A DNA stretch of 64,000 nt from positions 1,728,001 to 1,792,000 of the forward strand of contig OY763927.2 of assembly GCA_963667665.2 (NCBI GenBank), given 5' to 3'. The stretch is from Nitrosopumilus sp. GTDB lineage: Archaea > Thermoproteota > Nitrososphaeria > Nitrososphaerales > Nitrosopumilaceae. Shown here piece after piece: positions 1 through 11,411 of the stretch (position 1 is the stretch's first letter; each line of letters opens with the position of its first letter). A program made the translations under genes and the position numbers. The notes below the pieces were generated by a model, which was given only the letters and a program-made list of their open reading frames with translations, searched no databases and was not told where the DNA came from.

Positions 1-1
1 A

Positions 2-3000
2 ACTATTACAGATCTATGGTTAAACATTGACCCAACTGATGAAGACTCTTGGACATTTGCTACCAGCTCCGATAAAATTGATAGCTTTTACCAAGTTTTC
101 GATGAAAATGGTGCGTCCGGTGGAAAAGCAGTATCTACTAGTGGTTCATTAGGTGACCTCATGTGTGCGGACAACTGTGTACTAAGAATAGATACTAATG
201 CACAATCCGCAACAAACCCGGTTCTAACCTTACAGGACAACGAAGATTCTATACTTAACCAACTAAATCCAGATGGTGGCGTTAATAATGCCACAGCATT
301 TGGAGTCTCAACTGAGACAGATAAGTTAGGTATGGGATCCGTTCCAGTAACAATTACCGAACTTGGTCCAAATAGTGGTGTATTTGGTACATATGATGAA
401 TCAGATGTATCAGTCATTAAAATCACAAGTGATGCAGCAAGGGGAACCTCTGCAACCTTTGATTATAACGATTCACCAGTATCAATACTTGTAGGCTTTG
501 GATGGAGTGAAGTTGATATCCAACCAATCGATGATGAATGGAACTCTGGTGAAGAGATTCCAGTAATCATTACTGATAGTGATTTCAACAAAAACTCTAG
601 AGCCGATGAAGACCTTGTCTTAAATGATCCAAATGTAACATACATTCCATCCCTAACAACGGGAGACCCATTCACTTTGGGTGAAGGAATTGATGATACT
701 CTAGCATTATACATTAATGCTAACATAGATGGTAATTCAATCTTATCTGGTAACATAACTAACGCTACTATTACTGTTGATGCTTTCTCACAAAGAGGAA
801 TCATAACAGTAGGAGCAGTAAATGATGCAGGATCTGACTCTATACTTATTGACTTCCAAACCACAATGGGTGACTTAAGACAAACAATTGGCGATACCAG
901 CACTGATGGCGATCTAATAGGATTCAACCTCCTAAACATAGACGTTAGAAGCTATAACGACGCTGGTACCTTCGATATATTCTTGGCTAACTCCGCCAGC
1001 GATATTATTCTAGGTGGAGGAACTGACATATCAAAATCAGTCGGTACTTTGCTAATAGCTGAAGGTGTAGGCCCACAAAGTTTGACATTACTCAATGATG
1101 TAGCAGTTAATGAAGGATTGTTTTCATCTCAAACCCCTGATACTAACAACGTTGGATTATTGATTCAACATGTTGATGACGATACTAACATAGTAACTTC
1201 AGGAGACATTCATCCAATTGTAGCAGACTTCTTCTCATTCGGTTTCTCTGATGATGGTGTGCAAGCATCCGAAAGGACTGCAAACCAAATAGTCAGAATT
1301 GAAGCTGAAGAATCAGGTGATAACACAGGTATCTTTGAAGGATCCCTTGAGTATATCATGGTAAACCAACTTAACATCAACGAAGCGAGTACCTACTCAG
1401 GACTCGGTACAATCGGCAGTAGTCCATCATTCATTGTAATTGAGGATCTAACTGACGAAGATGCACCTAGAGTAACAATTGAGGATCTAGGCGCAGATGG
1501 TGTAGTTGCTTTCATATCTGATCAAGAAGAAGCTCCAAGCCACTCAGGTGTTGTATCATTTAATGCTGATTCATACAAGCAAGCTGACACTGTAGAAATT
1601 ACTCTAGAAGACTTAGATCTAAACACAGATTCTGACCTTATCGACATTTATACCACTGTCGGTCACATCATTTATGAAGGTCCTGATGCAAACCTGATTG
1701 GAACCTCAATGGATCCAACAGGTGGTGCTGATAACGACCAAGTTGGTATTGATGTCATAGAAGACTTAGAAGGACTATCATTTGGTTCTCTAGGTTTCTT
1801 GTTAGGTGTTACATTTGACGATGTCAAATGGCAGAATACTGGAACCAATTGTGATGCCGCATATGATGATGGTCTTGGTGATACCGGATTTACTCTGGTA
1901 GAAACTGGTACTGCAACAGGCATCTTCTTTGGTGATTTCGAAATCCCAACAGATTGGTGTAGATCAGACGGTACTTTAGCAAATCCAACTGCACCCGAGA
2001 CAGTCACTGGACTCGACATTGAAGTCAATTACGTTGACTTTAGAGACGCATCTGGTGAAATTATCGAAGTCGGCGATTCCGCAGGCGTTCGTGCTAACAC
2101 AGGTTCAATCAGTCTTGACAGAACAGTCTACCCAGTACCATTTGGTGTTGTGGCAGATAATACCGATTTGAACAATTCTGAAGCTCCAAACGGTCGTTCC
2201 ATATTCCCACTCCATGCAGCTGGAATGTCTGGTAATGACAAATTGGAAACATCAGAAATACTTCAAAGTGGAGATCTAACTGTTCACATTAGAGTTAACG
2301 ACCCAGACGCAGACCTAAACCCAGTCGGTGAAGATGCTCTAGCATCAAATACCGCAGCAAACCCAGTAGGCCCTGTTAAGATCTCTGTTATCAGAGGTTC
2401 TGACGAGGTCGTACTCGGTTATGCAGGTGGTCCAACAGAGTTGAATGGTAGAATTGACGTCGGAGATAGCGACGCCACAGCAGCCAGACAACTTGGTCCA
2501 ATTTCTGAAATTGCACCATCTGCAGGTATATTTGAGTTAGATCTTACTATCCGATACACTGATGGTCCATCAAGTACCACATGTCCAGCTACAGGATCCA
2601 CAGGATTCACAAGTCTAGACGGTACTGGTTCAGGTTCAGAGACAAGCAGATTTGACGTCGGCTCAGGCAACGGCAATTATTGTATCTTACAAGGAGATAT
2701 TCTCCAAGTAGAATACACTGATCCAGCCGATGCATCAGGTGATGTTAATACTGTTACTGACTCTGCTACCTTTGACCTAAGAAACGGTGTATTGCAATCC
2801 GACAAATCTGTGTACATTATCGGCTCTGACATGATCTTAACACTCATTGAACCAGACCTTGATCTGGACAATGACGGTGCTGAGACCTATGACTTGGACT
2901 TAATTGAATGGGATTCTGATGCAGCTACTACTGCCATGGGTGACCTTGGTGGTTCAAGCAATCAGGCTTCATTCGACCCAGAACCAACAGACTTTAGAGA

Positions 3001-4297
3001 AACAGGTGACAGTACTGGTATCTTCCAGATTATTATCGAGATTCCTGAATCATTAGATGGTGATAACCTTGAAAGAGGTGAGGAAATCGTTCTAGAGTAT
3101 ACTGATTGGGGTCCATCAGGAGCTGACTATGTTGGCAATGAAGATGAAGACGTAAACATTACTGTTTATACTTCAAACTTCGGTGCAACTGTAGAGCTTG
3201 ACCAAAAAGTTTACACATGGACTGATAAAGTCTACATTACAATTGTCGCTCCAGATCACAACTTTGACGGTGATCTAGTTGACGAAATCGGCGATTCTGC
3301 TTCAGACCCAATAAAGGTCTCAACTAGAGGATTCGATCTTGACAACTATAAACTCGTTGAAACTGGAACTGACACAGGCATCTTCACAGGTGAAGTAATC
3401 CTTACTGGATTCACTACACATGATGCAGATGGCGATGGTAGTGAAAACGATGCAACTGGTATCACATCAGGTGATGGCGGTGGTCCAACAGATGGTACAT
3501 TGGCAACAGATGATGATGACGGACTTACAGTATCCTTTGAATTCTCAGAGGATGAAACTGTAGTTGGCTCATCACTTATCCGATGGAACATTGGTGAAAC
3601 TCAATGGTTAGAAGCAAGTTATCCAGCTAGCGGAACAGGTGTTGTAAGAATAATTGATCCAGACATGAACTTAAATCCAGAAGCAGTCGACAACTTCGAT
3701 GTCGATGTGTGGTCTGACTCCGATGCCGGAGGTGTTGACCTTACTGTAACTGAGACTAATGAGGCAACCGGAATATTCGAAGGTACTGTGTTCTTCACAA
3801 CTACCGATGAATCATCTGGTCACAGACTCAGAGTCGCAGAAGGTGACACTGTCACCGCAGAATATGAGGACAATACACTACCAGATCCGTACACAACTGC
3901 AGATGAACTTGATATTACTGCCACTACACTAATTGGCACTGTAGTACCACCTCTCGAGAGAGCACCAGCTACTAACTTGAGAACCGTTGATGCATTCGGT
4001 AACAGCTTAGATGCTGTATCCGTTGACCAACAGGTACAAATCACTGCTGACTTAGCAAATGGTCAGGATAGAAAGCAAGTATTCGCATACTTGGTACAGA
4101 TTCAGGATGGTAACGGTGTTACAGTCTCACTAGCATGGATTACAGGTTCACTATCAAGTGGTCAATCATTCAGCCCAGCATTATCATGGATTCCAACTGA
4201 AGCCGGTAGCTACACAGCAACCGCATTCGTTTGGGAGTCTGTTGATAATCCAACGGCATTATCACCACCAGTTAGTACAACCATAAGTGTAAGTTAA
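2..4297 (+). CDS. slaA: Major S-layer protein, 5' truncated by window edge
   Basis: Frame is open from base 2 (TITDLWLNIDPTDEDSWTF...), so ATG 161 is internal; very acidic, repeated Ig-like ETGxxTGIFxG motifs; C-terminal WIP...AFVWES domain typical of thaumarchaeal SLP; no C-terminal TM. Confidence 0.9.
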   Translation, partial: TITDLWLNIDPTDEDSWTFATSSDKIDSFYQVFDENGASGGKAVSTSGSLGDLMCADNCVLRIDTNAQSATNPVLTLQDNEDSILNQLNPDGGVNNATAFGVSTETDKLGMGSVPVTITELGPNSGVFGTYDESDVSVIKITSDAARGTSATFDYNDSPVSILVGFGWSEVDIQPIDDEWNSGEEIPVIITDSDFNKNSRADEDLVLNDPNVTYIPSLTTGDPFTLGEGIDDTLALYINANIDGNSILSGNITNATITVDAFSQRGIITVGAVNDAGSDSILIDFQTTMGDLRQTIGDTSTDGDLIGFNLLNIDVRSYNDAGTFDIFLANSASDIILGGGTDISKSVGTLLIAEGVGPQSLTLLNDVAVNEGLFSSQTPDTNNVGLLIQHVDDDTNIVTSGDIHPIVADFFSFGFSDDGVQASERTANQIVRIEAEESGDNTGIFEGSLEYIMVNQLNINEASTYSGLGTIGSSPSFIVIEDLTDEDAPRVTIEDLGADGVVAFISDQEEAPSHSGVVSFNADSYKQADTVEITLEDLDLNTDSDLIDIYTTVGHIIYEGPDANLIGTSMDPTGGADNDQVGIDVIEDLEGLSFGSLGFLLGVTFDDVKWQNTGTNCDAAYDDGLGDTGFTLVETGTATGIFFGDFEIPTDWCRSDGTLANPTAPETVTGLDIEVNYVDFRDASGEIIEVGDSAGVRANTGSISLDRTVYPVPFGVVADNTDLNNSEAPNGRSIFPLHAAGMSGNDKLETSEILQSGDLTVHIRVNDPDADLNPVGEDALASNTAANPVGPVKISVIRGSDEVVLGYAGGPTELNGRIDVGDSDATAARQLGPISEIAPSAGIFELDLTIRYTDGPSSTTCPATGSTGFTSLDGTGSGSETSRFDVGSGNGNYCILQGDILQVEYTDPADASGDVNTVTDSATFDLRNGVLQSDKSVYIIGSDMILTLIEPDLDLDNDGAETYDLDLIEWDSDAATTAMGDLGGSSNQASFDPEPTDFRETGDSTGIFQIIIEIPESLDGDNLERGEEIVLEYTDWGPSGADYVGNEDEDVNITVYTSNFGATVELDQKVYTWTDKVYITIVAPDHNFDGDLVDEIGDSASDPIKVSTRGFDLDNYKLVETGTDTGIFTGEVILTGFTTHDADGDGSENDATGITSGDGGGPTDGTLATDDDDGLTVSFEFSEDETVVGSSLIRWNIGETQWLEASYPASGTGVVRIIDPDMNLNPEAVDNFDVDVWSDSDAGGVDLTVTETNEATGIFEGTVFFTTTDESSGHRLRVAEGDTVTAEYEDNTLPDPYTTADELDITATTLIGTVVPPLERAPATNLRTVDAFGNSLDAVSVDQQVQITADLANGQDRKQVFAYLVQIQDGNGVTVSLAWITGSLSSGQSFSPALSWIPTEAGSYTATAFVWESVDNPTALSPPVSTTISVS

Positions 4298-4310
4298 AGA
4301 AACTAGTTCA

Positions 4311-4335
4311 AATTTTCCTTTTTTTCTTTTTTTTG
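4311..4335 (+). terminator. Oligo-T terminator of S-layer gene
   Basis: Long T/pyrimidine tract just after stop. Confidence 0.65.
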
Positions 4336-4408
4336 AATACGACTTAACGATAGTTATGAACAATTTTTCCAGAAGTAATATCTAGTAGAACATTAACGAT
4401 TAATTAAA

Positions 4409-5377
4409 ATGAAATTTCAAATTTTATTTTCTGCATTGTTTGTTCTTTTACTTGTAAATACTCCTAATTCCTTTTCAGAACTTGAATTATCTACTAACAG
4501 TAAGGTTTACGCTCCTTCACATAGTTTACAAATCTATGGAACTGGATTACCTGAAGAAAATTTGATCATACGACTTTTTGCTCCGGATGAAACGATTGCA
4601 AAATTTGATCAAATCACTACCCAATTAGATGGTTCTTTTAATTACAATGTATTATTTTGGCCAGAACCATCAACAAATTTTCCATATGGAACATACACAG
4701 TTGAGGTAATTAGTACAGAACAAAATGGAATTTCTAAAAAAATAGATGTAAAGTTTACATCAACTACAAATTTAATTGATGTACCTGTTGAAAGACATGT
4801 AAACACATTGGTCTTTGCTCCTGAAACTGCTGCGATAAACCAATCATTTCGAGTTTTTGTGCAAACAACTAGTGATGGTCTTTTAGTTGGAAATGAACCT
4901 ACAGAATTACTAAAAGCTACCCATGTGCATTTACCATCTGGTCTTTCTGTTTCATTATCTAATGAATTTAATACACTACATCAAGGATTGTATTTTGTTG
5001 ATTATACTGCAAGAGAAGAAGGAACACATGTCTTTCATGTTGTTGCTTTTAGTCAAGGAACAACATCTCATGGATCTGCTGCAACAAATATTCTAAGTCA
5101 AGACCTTGGAGGAATTTCTGATCAAATAATTAAACTAAACTCAATTCTAGATGAGACCTCAGGTGAGCTTGATAATCTAAAATCTGAAATTAAAGGATTT
5201 GATATTACTCTAGAGCATGCAAGTAGTCAAATTGATCAAAATATTGGAGATATTTCTGATTCTGTAAAATTCATCAGTGAAGCTTCCTCTCAACTTAATG
5301 CATTGATGTTGCCAATCATTGCATCTATTGGACTAATTGTTGCCTTACAAATTACAATTCTTGCACGAAGAAGATAG
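4409..5377 (+). CDS. Exported protein with beta domains, coiled coil and C-terminal TM anchor (SlaB-like architecture)
   Basis: Signal peptide, heptad-rich segment LGGISDQIIKLNSIL...SSQLNAL, hydrophobic C-terminus ending RRR. Confidence 0.7.
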   Translation: MKFQILFSALFVLLLVNTPNSFSELELSTNSKVYAPSHSLQIYGTGLPEENLIIRLFAPDETIAKFDQITTQLDGSFNYNVLFWPEPSTNFPYGTYTVEVISTEQNGISKKIDVKFTSTTNLIDVPVERHVNTLVFAPETAAINQSFRVFVQTTSDGLLVGNEPTELLKATHVHLPSGLSVSLSNEFNTLHQGLYFVDYTAREEGTHVFHVVAFSQGTTSHGSAATNILSQDLGGISDQIIKLNSILDETSGELDNLKSEIKGFDITLEHASSQIDQNIGDISDSVKFISEASSQLNALMLPIIASIGLIVALQITILARRR

Positions 5378-5408
5378 TTATAATAATGCTACAAAAGAAA
5401 AATTACTG

Positions 5409-8400
5409 ATGCCCAAAGTGGCGATTTTCTTTTCTATTATTCTTCTTTCATCTGCCGCAACAAATTCTTATGCGTTTATTCCTGGAGATATGGTTTTTGA
5501 AGAAAGTATACCAAAACAAATTGAATTTAATTCAGATATTATTCAAATTGATTCAAATTTTTTTACTGAAAACAATTTTAAACGATATCTGATTTTTGGC
5601 ACAAATTCACAAAATTCAGATTTTTTGAAAAATAATTCTTTGTATGGACTTCATTCTGATAGTGGATTTTTTTATGTAACAATACTCTCAGAAAATAGCG
5701 CATCAAGTTTAATCACTCAAGGTTATAATGTGATTGAAGACTTTCAATTAGATTTTCATTCATCTGATGATCTAAATGATGCATCAAGAATTGCTCAAAT
5801 ATCTCGCTCTGATATTGCACAAAAAAATTATGGTGTTACAGGAAATGGAACAACAATTGCAATTATAGATACAGGAGTTGATTTTTCCAATCTAGACATT
5901 CAACATTCTCTTGCTAGAGATGAGCAAAATCACCCTATAATGCTTGATCCTGATGGTCAAGGAATTATTTTAACAAACGCAACTTTCTTTGCATTTATTG
6001 ATGATAATGAAATTATCAGAAATTATAGCAAACCTATTCCATCTCACATGACATCTTCTGCATATGTAACAAAACAAGGAGTTTTCCTAGATGTGTCGCA
6101 AGGAGGAAAGGGAAGTGAAATTCCAATTTACAATTCATTTTTTCCACAACTAGGTTCTTCAATAATTTTTAATGGAACTTTGGATACAGATATGAAAATT
6201 GGTGATGATAACAGAAATTTCATCAAATCAAAAAGTGGAGTATATCATCTTGGTGTAATTTATCAAGGCGCTACACAAGGACCACTAGCACGAATACAAG
6301 TTGTACCTGTATTGGTAGTTGATTCATTCATTCCTGGAGTTTATGATACTATAATTCCTGATATGAGTACTTCGTGGGAAGATTATACCAGATTTGAACT
6401 GAAAGTAGGTGAAAAACCAGACTATGATTTTGATTTCACTGATGAAAAACCAATTGTATTAGGTAGTGGAAACGAATTTCTTGTGTATGATTCAAACAAT
6501 GATGGCAAAAATGATTTTAGTGCAGGAACAATTGGTGCACAAGTCTTAGATGTTTATGGAGTGATGCAAAATAAAACTGCAGAAATTGATGATACTCTAA
6601 ATGCAATTAATGGAACATTACTTCCTGCATTAGATCCTGATGGTGAATTTTTTGGTTTAATGACTGATTTTGTGGGGCATGGCACATCTAGTGCTGCATC
6701 TATTACTTCAAGAGGAATAGAAACTTATGACATCTATAACAATACTGAGAAATTTACTATTACTGGCGTAGCTCCTGGTGCAAAAATTATTCCTGTAAAG
6801 GCATTGTGGTTTGGTGATACAGTTTATGGATGGCTATGGTCTGCCGGATTTGATAATGACAAACATGATTGGAAATTTTCAGGAAAGACTAGAGTTGATA
6901 TAATTTCAAATAGTTGGGGCGTATCTGCATTCCCATCTTTTCAAGCATCTCCAGGAATGGATATTCTTTCTTTGATTCTTAGTATACTTGTAACACCTCA
7001 TTCCTTAGATGATGATTATCCTGGAGTAACAATAGTTTCTAGTGCTGGAAATTCTGGACATGGATATGGAACAATAGGATTGCCAAATGCATCACCTTTT
7101 GGAATTTCAGTTGGTGCAACTACTAACAATGTCTTTGTAGGTTATGGCCCATTCAAGGATCAGCCACGATTTGGAAATACAATATCACATTACAATGATG
7201 TAGTTGATTTTTCTAGTAGAGGTCCTAGTTCTATTGGTGACCCAAAACCTGACTTGATGAGTATAGGTGCGCATGGATTTACACCATCAAATGTTTTAAA
7301 AATTAAAAAAGATTCAAAGGATGAATCATTTTCTTTGTTTGGCGGAACCAGTATGGCAGCACCTATTGTATCTGGTAGTGCAGCAATTTTGATGGAAGGT
7401 ATGAGAAATCAGTCCCAAGACATTGATCCATTCACAATCAAAAATATTTTAATGTCTACTGCAATTGATCTCAAAAATGATCCATTCACTCAAGGATCTG
7501 GATTAGTTGATGTTTCTTCTGCTTTGGATTATGTAAATGGAAAAGATGGATTATTCATTGTACATAATGATGCATCATATCAAAACATCAAGAAAATTTT
7601 AGATCCTGCAATAGATAAAGTAAACTCTACTGCAATTGGATTTGAAAAATTTCAATTACCATCTAATTCCATACCAATGACTAGTTGGTTTGCAGGACAA
7701 TTACTTCCAGGAGAACGAAGCTCTGCTACTTTTACTATCGTTAATCCTTCTGATAATGAAATAACAATTAATGTAATGCCAAAAAAATTATCTCTAATTA
7801 CAAAAAATGAGTTTGATGGAACGACAACTGTTCGCCAACAAGATCCAATACTTAACAAATCTGGAGCATATATTCCAAATTATGTAAAGCTTTCAGATGT
7901 AAAACAGCATTCTACTCTAGATGAATTTTTTGATGAGGAAGATCCTATCCCTGATGACTCCTCGTTAATGATACTTGATGTCAATTTCCCATTTGATTCA
8001 TTCATGAATGATACTTCAGATGTTTATGCTGATGATATCAAAATTTCTTCTTTGTATATTTATGATTGGCTTGATAACAACAATGATACAAAAATTTCAA
8101 GTGATGAATTATCTTTGGTAAATAGAGCTGGCTCTTGGGGAACTGTTCAAGAACTTAGAGTCACTGATCCAAATGAAAAATTTGAAGGAACTCCTCTGGT
8201 TGGAATATACCCTGTTCCAACAAGATATTCTTACTGGTCAGGTGACACAAAAATGAATTCTACATCAATGGATTATACACTATCTGCAAGTTATTACCAA
8301 AAAGAAAAATGGTCAGTAATCTGGCCACAATCTCAAACGGTAATTGTGCCTCCAAAAGATGTTGCTACAATTGATGTAACATTAATTGCGCCAACTGATT

Positions 8401-9215
8401 TACAAACTGGAGTCTATCAAGGATTTCTAACTTTTGAAGGAGAAAAACATTTGGTAAATGCTCCGGTATCTTTTGTAATAAAACAATTAGTTGATCAAAA
8501 TGATTCTACTGTAATTATTAATGGTATACAAAGTGATGATGTACTTTATGGTAATGGATACATCAAAGGAGCATTTGATATGGTTAATCGTTACATGGCA
8601 GGAGATTGGAGACAATATTATTTTGATATCCAAGATGAATCAATTAATTCAGCAGCGATTGAGCTTTCATGGATTACTGATGATACTAATCTAGCAGTCT
8701 TTGTAATGGATCCATCAGGGCAAATAGTTCAAACAAATGTTCCATCTGGAGTATTTGGTCACTTTCTAAAATGGCCTTCACTTGATTGGTTGGGTAATTC
8801 TGTCTTTAGTCAAGGCGGTGGATTCTTTCCTGTAAAAAATAAAGATGATACATCTACTGTTCTTTATGTTCCAATTAACCAGACTGGTACATACACTCTT
8901 TTGACACACTCTACATTGTTTGGAGGAAACTCTACAACCGAACCTATTACACTTGCAGTAAAATTTTCAAACATTTCATCTAAAATCAAACAGGTAGAAA
9001 CAGAGTTTGAATCAAATGATTCTATTTTAGAAAATTATTATAATACAATCTCTAAAACAGAAACTTCATCTGATGATTTTGATCAAATAAATAATTCTGA
9101 TTCATCTTTTAGTCTTGGAATTGTTATTGGAATAATTATTGGAGCTACGATCGCTGCTGTCTTCATATTCGTAATTAGACTAAAACATGAAGAAAAATTA
9201 AACAAGGTTTATTAG
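5409..9215 (+). CDS. Membrane-anchored subtilisin-like S8 serine protease
   Basis: IIDTG, GHGT, SAGN, GTSMAAP motifs; signal peptide from ATG 5409 (MPKVAIFF); C-terminal TM. Confidence 0.92.
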   Translation: MPKVAIFFSIILLSSAATNSYAFIPGDMVFEESIPKQIEFNSDIIQIDSNFFTENNFKRYLIFGTNSQNSDFLKNNSLYGLHSDSGFFYVTILSENSASSLITQGYNVIEDFQLDFHSSDDLNDASRIAQISRSDIAQKNYGVTGNGTTIAIIDTGVDFSNLDIQHSLARDEQNHPIMLDPDGQGIILTNATFFAFIDDNEIIRNYSKPIPSHMTSSAYVTKQGVFLDVSQGGKGSEIPIYNSFFPQLGSSIIFNGTLDTDMKIGDDNRNFIKSKSGVYHLGVIYQGATQGPLARIQVVPVLVVDSFIPGVYDTIIPDMSTSWEDYTRFELKVGEKPDYDFDFTDEKPIVLGSGNEFLVYDSNNDGKNDFSAGTIGAQVLDVYGVMQNKTAEIDDTLNAINGTLLPALDPDGEFFGLMTDFVGHGTSSAASITSRGIETYDIYNNTEKFTITGVAPGAKIIPVKALWFGDTVYGWLWSAGFDNDKHDWKFSGKTRVDIISNSWGVSAFPSFQASPGMDILSLILSILVTPHSLDDDYPGVTIVSSAGNSGHGYGTIGLPNASPFGISVGATTNNVFVGYGPFKDQPRFGNTISHYNDVVDFSSRGPSSIGDPKPDLMSIGAHGFTPSNVLKIKKDSKDESFSLFGGTSMAAPIVSGSAAILMEGMRNQSQDIDPFTIKNILMSTAIDLKNDPFTQGSGLVDVSSALDYVNGKDGLFIVHNDASYQNIKKILDPAIDKVNSTAIGFEKFQLPSNSIPMTSWFAGQLLPGERSSATFTIVNPSDNEITINVMPKKLSLITKNEFDGTTTVRQQDPILNKSGAYIPNYVKLSDVKQHSTLDEFFDEEDPIPDDSSLMILDVNFPFDSFMNDTSDVYADDIKISSLYIYDWLDNNNDTKISSDELSLVNRAGSWGTVQELRVTDPNEKFEGTPLVGIYPVPTRYSYWSGDTKMNSTSMDYTLSASYYQKEKWSVIWPQSQTVIVPPKDVATIDVTLIAPTDLQTGVYQGFLTFEGEKHLVNAPVSFVIKQLVDQNDSTVIINGIQSDDVLYGNGYIKGAFDMVNRYMAGDWRQYYFDIQDESINSAAIELSWITDDTNLAVFVMDPSGQIVQTNVPSGVFGHFLKWPSLDWLGNSVFSQGGGFFPVKNKDDTSTVLYVPINQTGTYTLLTHSTLFGGNSTTEPITLAVKFSNISSKIKQVETEFESNDSILENYYNTISKTETSSDDFDQINNSDSSFSLGIVIGIIIGATIAAVFIFVIRLKHEEKLNKVY

Positions 9216-9238
9216 CAAATTGGCGAGAAGCAGATTGA

Positions 9239-9844
9239 ATGTCAGAGCTTGGGACAAAAAAGTCTGGCGGATTATCCCGAAGAGACTTTCTAAAGTTAAT
9301 CGGCGCCGCAGGCACAGGTTTAGCGTTTGCTCCGTTTATCCCATTTGGTAATTTCATGCCAAATCCAAATCAGGCATCTCTTGAAAAAGTACCCCTAATT
9401 TTACCTGATGGCACCCAAGGCAATGTCAACACTTACCCAATTAATTTCTCTGAAGTTGTTACATATCCAACTACTGGTGATCCTGCACTTGATGCAGAGG
9501 CATTTCGTAAATGGCAGTTCATAAGATTACCTGAAGAATTAGGTGGTGTAAAAAGAGATACATCCGCTTTCCGAGTATACAGTATGATATGTCTTCACCT
9601 CTGGTGTTTGTGGAAATATTGGCCAGATGAAGGAAGAAAGAGAGGTGAATGCCCATGTCATGGTAGTATGTATGATCCATCAACTGGAACAGCTTTTGTA
9701 GGTCCTGCATCAGTGCAAGCTCCTCCATCAAACACGTTAGCTGAATTGTATTTAGAAATTGACTCAGATGGACTAATTTTTATCTTGCCGCCAAAGTTTG
9801 ATGTAAATGCTAATGGAGTAATTGGATATGGCCGTTTCGCTTGA
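9239..9844 (+). CDS. petC: Rieske 2Fe-2S subunit of complex III
   Basis: Tat signal SRRDFLK; CLHLWC and CPCHGS boxes. Confidence 0.95.
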   Translation: MSELGTKKSGGLSRRDFLKLIGAAGTGLAFAPFIPFGNFMPNPNQASLEKVPLILPDGTQGNVNTYPINFSEVVTYPTTGDPALDAEAFRKWQFIRLPEELGGVKRDTSAFRVYSMICLHLWCLWKYWPDEGRKRGECPCHGSMYDPSTGTAFVGPASVQAPPSNTLAELYLEIDSDGLIFILPPKFDVNANGVIGYGRFA

Positions 9845-11411
9845 AAGAAGAACTGGCTTAGTCGCCCTCATTTACTGGATTTGGGATGGAATAGATAGAA
9901 CAATCTTTACTGCAATAAAGTTTTCATTCCCTTCTAGATTTGTTAGTCCATTTGGATTCTTAGGTATGCTTACCTTTGTTGTATTTATTATTCTTGGAGT
10001 TTCAGGAGCTCTTCTCATGTTTTACTATCAACCAATATTGGATAGAGCTTGGGATAGTGTTCAATTCATTAACGATGATGTTCCATTTGGTTTTCACATA
10101 AGAAACATTCACTATCATGGTTCCAATGCAATGGTACTCTTAGCTGTTCTTCACATGTATTATCAATACTTTAGTGGACGATACAAAATTAGAAATGAAG
10201 TTTTATGGATGACTGGTGTCATTCTTGGTGTTGTAACTATTCTTGAAGCATTTACAGGATATGATGTTATATTTAGTGAACGAGCAGAACTTGCAATTAG
10301 TATAGCGGCGTCGCTGACGACATCAATTCCAGTAATTGGACCGACGATTCGTGATGCGGCGTTGGGTAGTGGATTCTCAGACTTTGTGTTAAGATTCTAT
10401 GCGCAACATGTGTTCTTGTTACCTATTGTAATGCTAGGATTGATGGCAGTTCATTTCCCTAGATTCTTGGTATTTGATGTACCAATGGTTATGGCAATTT
10501 CTGGTGCTATTCTCATCACAGGTGGTGTATTCCCAATTGATATGGGATTCAAGTTTGAGCCGACAGTACCGCCTGGCGTAACTGTTCCTGAATGGTATCT
10601 TACAGGAATCTATGCATTCATGAGGACTCAATATGACAAGTTTGTAACAGGACTGTTATGGCCGTTGATATTCCTTGCCGCATTTATTGTAGTTCCGTTC
10701 ATTGATAGATACAAGAAATTTTCATGGAGAGATAGACCAATAATTACAGCATTTGGAATAACCAGTATTGCACAAATTATGGTTACAACATATTGGGGAT
10801 TCTACATTTCACCTGACGTCACAATTCCATTAGTTGAGCGTTTGGTAATTGATCCAATGTTCTTTTACTCTACAATGATATTGATGGTTCCACTAGGATT
10901 TGGATTTTCATACATGATGATTAAACTTGCAAATGAAGCTGAAAGAAAATCAAAACTTTCAAAAAGTAAAGGTCCTCAAAAAGTTGCAACAATCAACCTT
11001 TCTGAAAAATGGATTAACTGGTTACTAATTGCTCTATTGGCATTCCAAGTATTCCTAAACATTGCAGCATATAATGCAGCTTTGACAGGAATGAAGAACA
11101 TGTCATTATTCTTTGTTGGAATAATCTTGTTGGTATTTGCAGCATTCTTCCATGTTTACAGATATGCATTAAGTGAGGAAAAGAATGCACCACCACCCCC
11201 ACCAATTCCTGTACAGGAAGAAAAACCAAAACTAGATGTACCTGATGTATCTGAACAAAGTAAACTTCCAGAAGGTGATACTACACCAGAAGAAAAACCA
11301 AAAGAACTAACTCACAAAGTTCCTACACCAAAGACAACTGCAGATTTAGGAGTTGATGCAGAAAATAATCCAAATCTTGGTTCTGATGATCTTGGAGGAT
11401 TGAAAAAATGA
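9828..11411 (+). CDS. petB: Cytochrome b/b6 subunit of complex III
   Basis: RNIHYHGSN...LHM and AQH...VH heme ligands, PEWY motif, multiple TMs; Pro/acidic C-terminal tail. Confidence 0.95.
   Translation: MAVSLERRTGLVALIYWIWDGIDRTIFTAIKFSFPSRFVSPFGFLGMLTFVVFIILGVSGALLMFYYQPILDRAWDSVQFINDDVPFGFHIRNIHYHGSNAMVLLAVLHMYYQYFSGRYKIRNEVLWMTGVILGVVTILEAFTGYDVIFSERAELAISIAASLTTSIPVIGPTIRDAALGSGFSDFVLRFYAQHVFLLPIVMLGLMAVHFPRFLVFDVPMVMAISGAILITGGVFPIDMGFKFEPTVPPGVTVPEWYLTGIYAFMRTQYDKFVTGLLWPLIFLAAFIVVPFIDRYKKFSWRDRPIITAFGITSIAQIMVTTYWGFYISPDVTIPLVERLVIDPMFFYSTMILMVPLGFGFSYMMIKLANEAERKSKLSKSKGPQKVATINLSEKWINWLLIALLAFQVFLNIAAYNAALTGMKNMSLFFVGIILLVFAAFFHVYRYALSEEKNAPPPPPIPVQEEKPKLDVPDVSEQSKLPEGDTTPEEKPKELTHKVPTPKTTADLGVDAENNPNLGSDDLGGLKK

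Noticed and set aside
161-163. ATG 161 as S-layer start
   Set aside because: Frame is open back to base 2 and no signal peptide follows
88-4044. Seven antisense ORFs within the S-layer gene
   Set aside because: Shadow frames produced by codon bias of a long real gene; no motifs
4409-5377. Methyl-accepting chemotaxis protein call
   Set aside because: Only generic heptads; no MCP hairpin signature and the coiled coil is predicted extracellular
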